NCBI GenBank assembly: GCA_021847945.1
Contig: JAJZNG010000042.1
Coordinates: 7,709 to 71,708 of the forward strand
Length of the DNA: 64,000 bases
Direction of reading: 5' to 3'
Source of the DNA: Actinomycetes bacterium
Lineage (GTDB): Bacteria > Actinomycetota > Acidimicrobiia > Acidimicrobiales > Palsa-688
Positions within the stretch are counted from its first letter, which is position 1. Every line of letters starts with the position of its first letter. Positions 26,283-35,068 of this stretch are shown piece by piece. The notes beneath the pieces are model-generated. The model was not told the DNA's origin and did not search any database. It saw only the letters and a program-made list of their open reading frames with translations. A program made the position numbers and the translations under genes.

Positions 26283-26870
26283 ATGCAACACCCCGGCGAT
26301 CCGCCCGAAGGGCCGTCCGACGCAAGCCAAGTCCCCCGCGCAGGAGCACCTGAATCCCGTAGCCGAGATCGGTTTGTGTGGCCGCGACCGGGGATAGTGG
26401 CAGCGGTCGCCGCTGGAGGAGTCGTCGGAGCGTGCTTACGCTACGAGGTGGCTCAGGCGTTACCGGCCGGGCCGGCTGCGTTCCCCGTCTCGACGCTGCT
26501 GATCAACGTTACGGGAAGCTTCGTGCTCGGAGCGCTCCTTACGGTGCTGCTCGAGCGCTGGCGACCCAGCGAGTACGTGCGACCGCTGATAGCTAGCGGG
26601 CTAATCGGGGCCTACACCACGTGGTCCACGTTCATGGTGGAAGCCGACCAGCTTTTCCAGCGCGGCCACCTGCCCATGGGCTTTGCCTACCTCGTAGCGT
26701 CACTCTGCGGTGGGCTCGTGGCCGGCTGGGTGGGCGTGCTCGCCGGCCGGCTGGAACCCCGGGCGCTGCTGTCAGTCGAACTTTTCGCCAGGGACAGGAA
26801 GCGCACGACATCTTCCCAAGCCGGGAGCACGACGTCTTCGGGGGCGTCGAGGAAGCCGAGAGACCGTTGA
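26283..26870 (+). CDS. crcB: Fluoride channel CrcB/FluC (first paralogue)
   Basis: 'GGVVGACLRYEV..STLLINVTGSFVLGALL..GLIGAYTTWSTFMVE'. The track start ATG 26208 lies inside the riboswitch core and is unlikely. Real start is uncertain; candidates are ATG 26283, GTG 26376 and GTG 26397. Confidence 0.85.
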   Translation: MQHPGDPPEGPSDASQVPRAGAPESRSRDRFVWPRPGIVAAVAAGGVVGACLRYEVAQALPAGPAAFPVSTLLINVTGSFVLGALLTVLLERWRPSEYVRPLIASGLIGAYTTWSTFMVEADQLFQRGHLPMGFAYLVASLCGGLVAGWVGVLAGRLEPRALLSVELFARDRKRTTSSQAGSTTSSGASRKPRDR

Positions 26871-27223
26871 CGGCTCTGCCGGAGCGCTGCGAGCGGCTGA
26901 GCGTATTTCTGGTAGAAACCGACCGACACGGGAAGCTGCCGCGCTACGTGGAGCTCGTCGAGCGGGCCCGCCGGGCCGGACTCGCAGGGGCCACCGTGAC
27001 GGCGGGGATATCAGGATTCGGGAACAGTGGCCATGTCCACCGGCGTCACGCCGTGTCGCTGAGCGAAGACGTACCTGTCGAAGTCGCCATCGTCGAGAGC
27101 CCCGAGCACCTCGACGAGTTCCTCGTACAAGCAGGGGACCTCCTCGAAGGTCTCCTAGTGGTGCGCAGCCCAGTTCGCGTGGTGCTCCACCGCCAACGCT
27201 CCCACAGCGGCCCACAGTCGTGA
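26867..27223 (+). CDS. DUF190 domain protein (commonly associated with crcB genes)
   Basis: 'RLSVFLVETDRHGKLPRYVELVERARRAGLAGATVTAGISGFG..VPVEVAIVESPEHLDEFL'. Proposed TTG start at 26867 overlaps the crcB stop (TTGA). The long N-terminal part of track ORF 26621 is out-of-frame overlap with crcB. Confidence 0.7.
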   Translation: MTALPERCERLSVFLVETDRHGKLPRYVELVERARRAGLAGATVTAGISGFGNSGHVHRRHAVSLSEDVPVEVAIVESPEHLDEFLVQAGDLLEGLLVVRSPVRVVLHRQRSHSGPQS

Positions 27224-27591
27224 TGACCCTGTTGGAGGTCGGTGCCGGTGGGATGCTCGGCGCACCCGCCAGGTACCTGCTTGACCAGTTCGTCTCGACT
27301 AAGACCGAGGGGTCCTTCCCGTGGGGCACGTTCGTCGTGAACCTTACGGGGGCGTTGCTACTCGGTTTCGTCGTGGGACTGTCAGTCCATCACCGCCTCG
27401 GCCCAGCGCCCGTCGCCTTGGTCGGAACCGGCTTCTGCGGTGCGTATACGACGTTTTCCACGTTCACTTACGAGACGGTCGCCCTGATGGCAGAGGGCCG
27501 TCACCTGTCCGCTCTGTATAACGCCGGGGGATCTCTCGTCCTCGGTCTTGCTGGCGCCGGGGCAGGGCTGGCTTTAGCCGCGCTCGTATAG
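27223..27591 (+). CDS. crcB: Fluoride channel CrcB/FluC (second paralogue)
   Basis: 'MTLLEVGAGGMLGAPARYLL..GTFVVNLTGALLLGF..GFCGAYTTFSTFTYE'. The ATG overlaps the DUF190 stop (TGATG). The 171-codon N-terminal extension in the track is Arg-rich shadow. Confidence 0.85.
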   Translation: MTLLEVGAGGMLGAPARYLLDQFVSTKTEGSFPWGTFVVNLTGALLLGFVVGLSVHHRLGPAPVALVGTGFCGAYTTFSTFTYETVALMAEGRHLSALYNAGGSLVLGLAGAGAGLALAALV

Positions 27592-27659
27592 CTATTACAC
27601 CCTCCCCGGGCGCCACCACTCCCGTCACGAGCGACCGGGTCCACAGGTAGCCTCGAGAG

Positions 27660-29382
27660 ATGGACGACGTTTTCCAAGGAACCGAGCAGCTGTCAGGCGT
27701 AGAAAGCGACGCTGGCGACGGACGTGAATGGTGGCGTGACGCAGTCATGTACCAGGTCTACGTGCGGAGCTTCGCCGACTCCAACGGTGACGGCGTGGGC
27801 GACCTGCGTGGCGTGGCTTCGCGGTTGGACTACATCGCCGATCTGGGGGTCGACGGTATCTGGCTGAACCCGTTCTACAAGTCGCCCCAGGAGGACGGCG
27901 GTTACGACGTTGCGGATTATTTCGAGGTGGACCCACTTTTCGGGACGCTTGCCGACTTCGACGCCCTGCTCGGCCAAGCTCACGCGCGCGGAATGCGAGT
28001 GCTCGTAGACCTCGTGCCGAACCACACGTCGTCACGCCACGCGTGGTTCCAGGCGGCTCTGGAAGCTCCCCCGGTTAGCAGAGAGAGGAGCCGTTACATT
28101 TTCAGGGCCGGCAAGGGTCCAGGTGGCGGCGAACCGCCGAACAACTGGCGGAGCGTGTTCGGTGGTTCCGCGTGGAGCAGAGTCAGCGACTCAGATCCCC
28201 AAGCTGCCGGCGGCGTTCCGGCGCAGTGGTACCTGCATCTGTTCGCGCCGGGCCAGCCGGATCTCAACTGGGAGTGCGAGGAGGTAAGGAGCTACTTCGA
28301 CGACGTCCTGCGATTCTGGCTCGGAAGAGGTGTCGACGGCTTCCGTATCGACGTCGCCCACGGTATGATCAAGCACCAGGACCTGCCGGACTTCGACAGC
28401 GAGGAAGAAGCTGACGGCGAACCGGACCCGTCGGGCATGAACGGGGATGACCACCCCTACTGGGATCGAGATGAGGTCCACGATATTTACCGACGGTGGA
28501 GGAAGATCCTTGATGCCTATCCGGGTGAGAGGGTCTTCCTCGCCGAGGCTTGGGTGAAAACCCCCGAACGGCTAGCTCGCTATCTGCGCCCCGACGAGCT
28601 GCACATGGCCTTCAACTTCGACTTCCCAAAAATGCGACTGGGACGCCGACGCCTTTGCAAGGACCATATCTTCGACCCTCTCAAACCTGACCCAGGTAGG
28701 CGCGGCTCCTACCTGGGTGTTGTCCAACCATGACGTGGTACGCCATGTAAGCCGTTACGGTGACGGGCCGACCGGGCTATGCCGAGCGCGGGCGGCTCTA
28801 CTTTTGATGCTGGCGCTTCCGGGCAGCGCATTCGTCTACCAAGGAGAAGAGCTCGGCCTTCCCGAAGTGACAGACCTGCCCGACGATGTCCTGCAAGACC
28901 CCACTTTCTTGCGCACGGAGGGCAAGGTGCGGGGAAGGGACGGCTGTCGTGTCCCAATCCCGTGGGAGGAGAGCGGTCCAGCTTTGGGGTTCTCGACTGC
29001 CGCGCCGTGGCTCCCACAGCCGGTGTCGTGGGCGCAGCTGTCGGTTAGCCACCAGAGCCACGACGCGACTTCGACGCTTGCTTTGTACCGCCAAGCCTGC
29101 GAACTGCGCGGACGCCTACGGCCCTACCTTGCCGGCCCGGAGTTCAGCTGGGTGCGCGCAGCCCCGGGGTTGGTAGCGTTCAAGAGGGGAGACAACTTCA
29201 GCTGTGTCGTGAACTGCTCCGACGAGCCCGCGGAGCTACCCGCCGGGGTACTCGATGCTGGACCTGTCGTGCTTTCGAGCACCCCAGCTGCGACTTCGCT
29301 GCCCTCGAAGTCGAACACCTCGCACGCCGCCTCTCCGATACCCGCCAACTCGGCATTGTGGTTCGCCCGAACGCCGTCTTGA
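27660..29382 (+). pseudogene. GH13 alpha-glucosidase (oligo-1,6-glucosidase-like) split by a 1-nt frameshift
   Basis: ORF 27660-28733 carries 'YQVYVRSFADSNGDGVGDLRG..GIWLNPFYKSPQEDGGYDV..DLVPNHTS..GFRIDVAH'. ORF 28717-29382 continues with 'SNHDVVRHVSRYG'. Shifting +1 after the AAAAA run at about 28628-32 reads 'CDWDADAFARTISSTLSNLTQVGAAPTWVLSNHDV', which joins both halves seamlessly. Confidence 0.8.
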
Positions 29383-29432
29383 ACCCGCGCTACACGCGAA
29401 CACTCCTGACCATGGTTCTCCTCCCAGTGGAC

Positions 29433-29936
29433 CTAGCGACGCAAAGCGAAGAACTCACTCAAAAGGGACGCGCAGTGCTCGCCGAGCACGCCGTGGCTCA
29501 CCTCCAACTCGTGGTTGAGTCGGGGGTCGACACACAGGTTGTATAACGATCCGCACGAACCTGCCTTGGGATCCGGGGCGCCGAAAACGACGCGTTTCAG
29601 CCGGGCGGCCACCAACGCTCCTGCGCACATCGGGCACGGCTCCAACGTGACGTACATCGTGGCATCGCTGAGCCGCCACGTTCCGAGCTTGAGGGACGCT
29701 TCCCGCAGGGCGATGATCTCGGCGTGAGCGGTCGGGTCGTTCGACTCCTCTCGACGGTTCGAGGCGACAGATACGACCGATACGCCGTCAATCAAGTCAT
29801 GGCCGCTCGCAGCGCTGACAATTACCGCGCCAACTGGCACTTCGCCGCGCTCGGCGGCCTCGGCGGCGGCATCGAGCGCCAAGCGCATGAAAGATTCGTC
29901 GTCGCCAGTGGTCGAAAGAGGCCGAGGAGGTTCCAT
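29433..29936 (-). CDS. tadA: tRNA adenosine(34) deaminase TadA
   Basis: 'HAEIIALR' and 'TLEPCPMCAGAL' CDA zinc motifs. Start set at the internal Met 'MEPPRPL' (29936), which avoids overlap with the upstream gene. Confidence 0.9.
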   Translation of the reverse strand: MEPPRPLSTTGDDESFMRLALDAAAEAAERGEVPVGAVIVSAASGHDLIDGVSVVSVASNRREESNDPTAHAEIIALREASLKLGTWRLSDATMYVTLEPCPMCAGALVAARLKRVVFGAPDPKAGSCGSLYNLCVDPRLNHELEVSHGVLGEHCASLLSEFFALRR

Positions 29937-29982
29937 CGCCTCGAAGGCTACCGCTGCCGGCACACCGGTCGCGCGGGCCGCA

Positions 29983-30699
29983 TCAGTGCGGTCTGCGCCC
30001 TCCGAAGATGGCGTTTTCGAGGTCCTTCCAGTACACATCGACAGCTTCGAACCCGGCGTCTTGCAGCCAGCGTAGCTGCGGTTCGAGCGGTGAAATGTGG
30101 CGGACGTGGTTCTCCCAGCGCTTCTGCTGTTCTGGGGTGCGGTTCGCCCGAGCGGCCGGGGCGTTGGGGTCGCGACGATCCCCGACGCGCTGCCAGGCGT
30201 CAGCTACGACCGGGGAGGCAGCACCAACCGGGTCGTAGTTCAAGTACCATCCGCCTGGCTCCAGGTGCTCCAGGATCTCCGCGAAAAGCTGTCTCTTGCG
30301 TTCGTCGGGAACGTGGTGGACGCACAAGGAACTGATAACAGCGTGAGAGCTCTTGGGAAGCTCCGCGGGCCAGCCCGGGGCTTCGAGGTCCATGGTCACG
30401 TACCGGAAGCGGCCTTCGTAGGAGGCCAGAGAGGAAAGGCCCTCGGCCATCATCTGGGGAGAGAAATCAGCGAGGACAGCCCTGGCCGAGGTATAGCGGT
30501 CGAGGACCGCTCGGCTGGCAGCCCCAGTTCCAGCCCCCAGATCGACGAAGGTGAACTCCTCGTCGTCAGCGAAGGGCAGTAGGTCTACCATCACCTGGCG
30601 ATGGGCGCTGCGGGTGCGTTCCCGCTGTGCTGACGAAGCTACCCAGTCCGCCACTTGAGCTTCGTCGGTCCATATCGCTGCGTTGTGGTCTGCTCGCAC
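29983..30699 (-). CDS. Class I SAM-dependent methyltransferase
   Basis: 'FTFVDLGAGTGAASRAVL', 'AVLADFSPQMM', 'AVISSLCVHHV', 'LEPGGWYLNYD'. Confidence 0.85.
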   Translation of the reverse strand: MRADHNAAIWTDEAQVADWVASSAQRERTRSAHRQVMVDLLPFADDEEFTFVDLGAGTGAASRAVLDRYTSARAVLADFSPQMMAEGLSSLASYEGRFRYVTMDLEAPGWPAELPKSSHAVISSLCVHHVPDERKRQLFAEILEHLEPGGWYLNYDPVGAASPVVADAWQRVGDRRDPNAPAARANRTPEQQKRWENHVRHISPLEPQLRWLQDAGFEAVDVYWKDLENAIFGGRRPH

Positions 30700-30715
30700 G
30701 GCGTGACTCTACTCG

Positions 30716-31933
30716 TCAGTTGAGGACCCGCACAGGCAGGTTCCGCGGGCCGCGCACCTGGCCACCGGACCAGCTGACAGCCTCGGGGTCCGAAAGCTCG
30801 AAATCGGGGTAGCGGGCCATCCACTCTTTTAGGGCCACGGTGAGCTCCATTCTCGCCAAGTTCGAGCCGAGGCAGCGGTGTATTCCCAGTCCGAAGGCGG
30901 CGTGACGGTTCTCCTGCCTGTCGATCAGGATCTTGTCGGCGTCGCGGAAGACGGTCTCGTCCCGGTTGGCAGAAGGGAACGGCAGGAGGACCCAGTCGTC
31001 TTTCCGCATGCGGTGGCCGTGGAAGTCGAAGTCTTCTATGACGAGGCGGCCCATCGTCACTGGCGCGTAGGCTCGCAAGAACTCCTCGATAGCGGTCGGC
31101 CAGAGTGAAGCGTCCGAGGCCAGCCGGCGCCTGTCGTCGGGGTGGGATCCGAGATGCCACAGGGCGGCCCCGATCGCCGACCAGGTTGTGTCGATGCCGG
31201 CGACCATGAGGAGGATCATCGTCCCGCGGACGTGTTCGATGGCCAGCTTGTTACCGTCGATCTCGGCTTCCAAGAGGAACGAGGTGAGGTCGTCACGAGG
31301 CTGGGCCCGGTGAGCTTCGATCTGATCGTTGAGGTAGGCCTCGATCTCACCTTGCATGAACATGTCTAGACGTTCCTCGCTGGGAAGGTCGACTTTCTCT
31401 AGGACCTGGGTTATGAAACGCCGAAAGATGTCAGCGTCTTCGAGAGGGAACCCGAGCATTCCGACGATCACGCCCACCGGGATGTGCTGGGTGTATTCGA
31501 CGGCGGCGTCGAAGACGGAGCGTCCAGCGGTCGCGTCCAGCAACTCTCCGCACAGCTTGCGGACCATCGGCTCCAGAGAGGAAATTTTCTTCGGTGCGAA
31601 GGCCGGAAGAAGCATCCGGCGTGCCATGGCGTGGAACGGAGGGTCCGAGGTGATGGGAGGAGCCAGACCGATCGGCGCAGGCAAGTCGAGCTCCGTCGGG
31701 CGGAGGTTGTCCACGACGACCGCCCGCGAGGTGAAGTGCTCTGTGTCGTAAGCGACCTCGGACACCAGCTCGTGGGTGGTCGGCAGCCAAGTGCCTCCGT
31801 AGCGCTCGCTGTGAGCGACCGGACACTGCGCTCGGAGCTCCGCCCAGATGGGGTAAGGGTCCCGAACCCAGGTCGGGTCCGTGTGGTCGAAGTCGGTCGT
31901 CCAGTCCCCGACGGGGGCTTGGCGGCCGGTCAT
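30716..31933 (-). CDS. Cytochrome P450
   Basis: Heme-Cys loop 'FGLGIHRCLGSNLA', I-helix 'MVAGIDTTWSA', and ExxR 'EEFLR'. Confidence 0.95.
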   Translation of the reverse strand: MTGRQAPVGDWTTDFDHTDPTWVRDPYPIWAELRAQCPVAHSERYGGTWLPTTHELVSEVAYDTEHFTSRAVVVDNLRPTELDLPAPIGLAPPITSDPPFHAMARRMLLPAFAPKKISSLEPMVRKLCGELLDATAGRSVFDAAVEYTQHIPVGVIVGMLGFPLEDADIFRRFITQVLEKVDLPSEERLDMFMQGEIEAYLNDQIEAHRAQPRDDLTSFLLEAEIDGNKLAIEHVRGTMILLMVAGIDTTWSAIGAALWHLGSHPDDRRRLASDASLWPTAIEEFLRAYAPVTMGRLVIEDFDFHGHRMRKDDWVLLPFPSANRDETVFRDADKILIDRQENRHAAFGLGIHRCLGSNLARMELTVALKEWMARYPDFELSDPEAVSWSGGQVRGPRNLPVRVLN

Positions 31934-32148
31934 CCCTGGAACTCCGTGACGGTGATCGCGTACTCGGGGCAGTTCGCAGCCGCGTTCTGGGCCTTGGCCC
32001 CGAGTGCGCCGTCGACGGTCCCGTCGCCTACCACGAAAGCGTTGCCGAGGTCGTCTACGTCGAATACCTCAGGGGCGATGGCAAAGCATCGGTTGTGTCC
32101 CTGGCAGCGGTCGGGGTCGACCGTCACCTTGAATTTGACTGCGGTCAT
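31930..32148 (-). CDS. Ferredoxin (3Fe-4S type, P450 redox partner)
   Basis: 'DPDRCQGHNRCFAIAPEVF..AAANCPEYAI' (CxxHxxC..CP). ATG 32148 has AGGAGG upstream. The stop overlaps the P450 ATG (ATGA). Confidence 0.85.
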   Translation of the reverse strand: MTAVKFKVTVDPDRCQGHNRCFAIAPEVFDVDDLGNAFVVGDGTVDGALGAKAQNAAANCPEYAITVTEFQG

Positions 32149-32226
32149 GGGGCGTCTCCTCCTAGGCTCCAATGTGCCCGACGACACAGTAACTTAACAG
32201 CATTCAGTTGCGTAGGGGCAAAGCGT

Positions 32227-34914
32227 TCAGCCGGTGTTGCGCAGACCCGCTGCGATCCCGTTGACGCACAAAAGCAGGGCCCGTTCGACGTCGGGATCCT
32301 GGGTGTGTCCGGCCCGTTCTGCAGCTCGGACGCGGCGCAGAAGGGAAAGCTGCAAGTCGTGTATAGGGGTCAGGTAGGAGTCCCTCACGGCCAGGGTCCG
32401 CCGCAGCACCGGAGCCTTTTCGAGGAGACTGTCTTGGCGGGTCACTTCCACGATCGCGGCGACGGTTCGGGCGTGCTCGGCTTCGATCATGTCGAACAGT
32501 CGCCAAGTGTGGGGGGGTGCAAGGCTTTCCACGTATCGCCGAGCGATTCCCAGGTCGGTCTTGACGAGGGTCATCTCGACGTTAGATAAGAAGTTTGAAA
32601 AAAAGGCCCACCCGTCGCGCATCTCGTCGACAATGTCGGTCATCCCCGCAAGGGTTGCGGCTTGAAGGCCTGAACCCACCCCGTACCAGCCGGGAACGAT
32701 CTGGCGGGACTGCGTCCAACCGAACACCCAGGGAATTGCACGAAGGCCCTCTATGCCAGTCGACCCGTCAGGCCGTCGAGACGGTCGAGACCCCAGGTGC
32801 AGGGCTCCCAGCTGGTCGACCGGCGTCGAGGAGGTGAAGTACTCTGCGAGCATAGGGTCGCCTACGAACTCGCTGTAAGCACGGTAGGCGCCTTGGGAGA
32901 TGGCATCCATCACCGGGGCCCAACGCTCTAGTTCCCCTTGTCTCAGGCGGGGGGAACTGTGCAGGGCGGTAGCTTCGAGGGTCGAGGCGAGCATCAACTC
33001 CAGGTTCTCCTTTGCGAGCGCCTTCAATGAGTACTTGTCCGATATGACTTCGCCCTGCTCGGTTATTTTGACCGACCCTGTGATGCTGCCCGGTGGCAGG
33101 GCCATGATGGCGTCGTGGGTTGGTCCGCCGCCACGGCCGACCGTGCCTCCTCTACCGTGGAAGAAGATCACTCGAACCCCAAACGAAGCGCACACATCGA
33201 GCACCGCTCGTTGTGCCTTGTGGATCTCCCACTGAGAAGTTGTGATACCAGCTTGCTTGTTCGAGTCGCTGTAGCCGAGCATTACTTCCTGCACGTTCCC
33301 GCGAGCAGCTACGAGCGACCGGTACGAGCGTGAGCTCAGCATGTCGCCGACGATCATCGCTGCGCTGCGGAGCTCCTCGACGGTCTCGAGAAGCGGAACG
33401 AGCCCGATCTTGGCAACGCCTAGCGCAGGATCGACGAGGCCGGCCTGTTTGGCGACGACAGCGGCTGCGAGCACGTCGTCAGCCCCTTTTGTCATCGAGA
33501 TGATGTAGGTCTCGGCTGCTTTGGGGCCCAGCAGCTCTTGAGCTGTGCCAATAGCCTCGAACGCCCCGAAGACTCTAGACGATCCAGCACTGAGCGGGAC
33601 GGGCCTTGCTGCCAGAGGCCGCCGGTTTTCCAGTTCGGAGCTGAGCCGCTCGAGTCGTTCATGGCGGGTCAGGCCATGGTAAGACTCCCCGAGACGCTCG
33701 TACAGCTCGCTCAGCAGTCGGTGGTGCGCTTCGGAATGCTCCCGCACGTCCAGTGACGCCAGGTGCAGACCCCAGCAGGAGATGCTGCGGGCCGGACCGT
33801 CGAGGGCGGATGCGACAAGATGTCCTCCGTTCGCCAATAGGGAGTTGCGCATCAACGCCATGTCAGCGAGCACGCCATCACCGTCGAGGTAATCCCTGCC
33901 ATCCACGTGGGCTGAACCGTCGTTCAAACGGCGGGCTGTGTTCCTCAGTTTCTGGCTGATGCAGATGCACTTGAGCCTGTAGGGCTCCTCGGAGTTGAGG
34001 CGGAGGTAGCGATCCTCAATCTCGGGTAGCACCCGCAGGTCGGCTTCGATAGAGCTCAGCAACTCATGCGAGACGTCTTTGAGCCGGGTTGACATCGCCA
34101 GCTGACCGCGTAGGGAGTCCACGGCTCTCACCGCCAGGTCTACGGCGTGCGTATGTGCCAGGAGAACGACTTTCAAGGTTATTTCTGGGGTGACGTTCGG
34201 GTTTCCGTCTCGGTCTCCCCCGATCCAGGACCCGAAACGCAGCGGAGTCGACCATGCTTCGGGACCGTCGGAGCCGACGATCGAATGCCACTCGTCGAGC
34301 ACCTCGGGTACGGCGCCGCCCGCCAGTTGATCGAAGTAGTACAGCGCGTTTCGGGCCTCGTCGAGAGGGTCCGGTTGGGCGACTCGAAGGTCGTCGGTCA
34401 GCCAGAGCAGTTCGACGGCCCGCGCGAGTTGCGTGTCCACTTTGGGCCCCGGCTCGACGTCTAACAAGTCTGCTATCTGCGCTAGTTGCACCAGCTTGGT
34501 GCGTCTCGCCGCCTCGGTTGGATGCGCCGTGAAGACCGGCCGCAACTCGACGGCGGACGCGATCCTGCGCAGCTCGGCGTCGCTAATACCCGCTTTGCGC
34601 GCTGACGCGACAACGTCGGCGAGCCACCCTGTGCGAGTGGTGCGCGCCCTGTGAACTTGCTCGGTGACGTTCGCAAGGAGGAAATAAGCGCTGAAGGCGC
34701 GGACCAGCCGCGTAGCCGACTCCACGTCGAGCCGGTCGAGAAGCTCGGCCGTAGCGTCGCGGTCCTCCCGGCTGCCCGAACGTACCCTCTCGACGAGCTC
34801 GAGCACCTCCGGGCCCTCCTGGCGAGCGAGCGTGTCGCCGAGCATGCCGACGATCCGGCGGATGTCAGCTCGAAGCGCGGAGTCATCGACTTGGGAGGTC
34901 TGCATGCCGTCCAT
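32227..34914 (-). CDS. ppc: Phosphoenolpyruvate carboxylase
   Basis: 895 aa. 'VFTAHPTEAARRT', 'GYSDSNKQAGI', 'FHGRGGTVGRGGGP', and C-terminal 'AAGLRNTG'. Confidence 0.95.
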   Translation of the reverse strand: MDGMQTSQVDDSALRADIRRIVGMLGDTLARQEGPEVLELVERVRSGSREDRDATAELLDRLDVESATRLVRAFSAYFLLANVTEQVHRARTTRTGWLADVVASARKAGISDAELRRIASAVELRPVFTAHPTEAARRTKLVQLAQIADLLDVEPGPKVDTQLARAVELLWLTDDLRVAQPDPLDEARNALYYFDQLAGGAVPEVLDEWHSIVGSDGPEAWSTPLRFGSWIGGDRDGNPNVTPEITLKVVLLAHTHAVDLAVRAVDSLRGQLAMSTRLKDVSHELLSSIEADLRVLPEIEDRYLRLNSEEPYRLKCICISQKLRNTARRLNDGSAHVDGRDYLDGDGVLADMALMRNSLLANGGHLVASALDGPARSISCWGLHLASLDVREHSEAHHRLLSELYERLGESYHGLTRHERLERLSSELENRRPLAARPVPLSAGSSRVFGAFEAIGTAQELLGPKAAETYIISMTKGADDVLAAAVVAKQAGLVDPALGVAKIGLVPLLETVEELRSAAMIVGDMLSSRSYRSLVAARGNVQEVMLGYSDSNKQAGITTSQWEIHKAQRAVLDVCASFGVRVIFFHGRGGTVGRGGGPTHDAIMALPPGSITGSVKITEQGEVISDKYSLKALAKENLELMLASTLEATALHSSPRLRQGELERWAPVMDAISQGAYRAYSEFVGDPMLAEYFTSSTPVDQLGALHLGSRPSRRPDGSTGIEGLRAIPWVFGWTQSRQIVPGWYGVGSGLQAATLAGMTDIVDEMRDGWAFFSNFLSNVEMTLVKTDLGIARRYVESLAPPHTWRLFDMIEAEHARTVAAIVEVTRQDSLLEKAPVLRRTLAVRDSYLTPIHDLQLSLLRRVRAAERAGHTQDPDVERALLLCVNGIAAGLRNTG

Positions 34915-35068
34915 CTTTGTGCCTGGCGACAGCTATCCCGCGCCAGCGGGTCGGCTTGACGGACAAGGAGACGACCCAAGGGCCGATCATCTAACAGCGA
35001 CTCATCCCAGCCAGAGGGGAGATCACGGACTCCGAGTGACCCACTGATCCCGTGGGGAGGTGGTCCAG

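Noticed and set aside
26621-27222. Long N-terminal extensions of track ORFs 26621..27223 and 26710..27591 overlapping crcB1 and DUF190
   Set aside because: The extensions are Arg/Pro/Gly-rich and out of frame with real genes. Homology-like sequence begins only at the proposed TTG 26867 and ATG 27223 starts.
28620-28640. Programmed ribosomal frameshifting at 'CCAAAAAUG' in the GH13 gene
   Set aside because: Restoring the frame needs a +1 shift. I see no downstream stimulatory structure and no known precedent for this enzyme family. A homopolymer indel, real or a sequencing error, is the simpler explanation.
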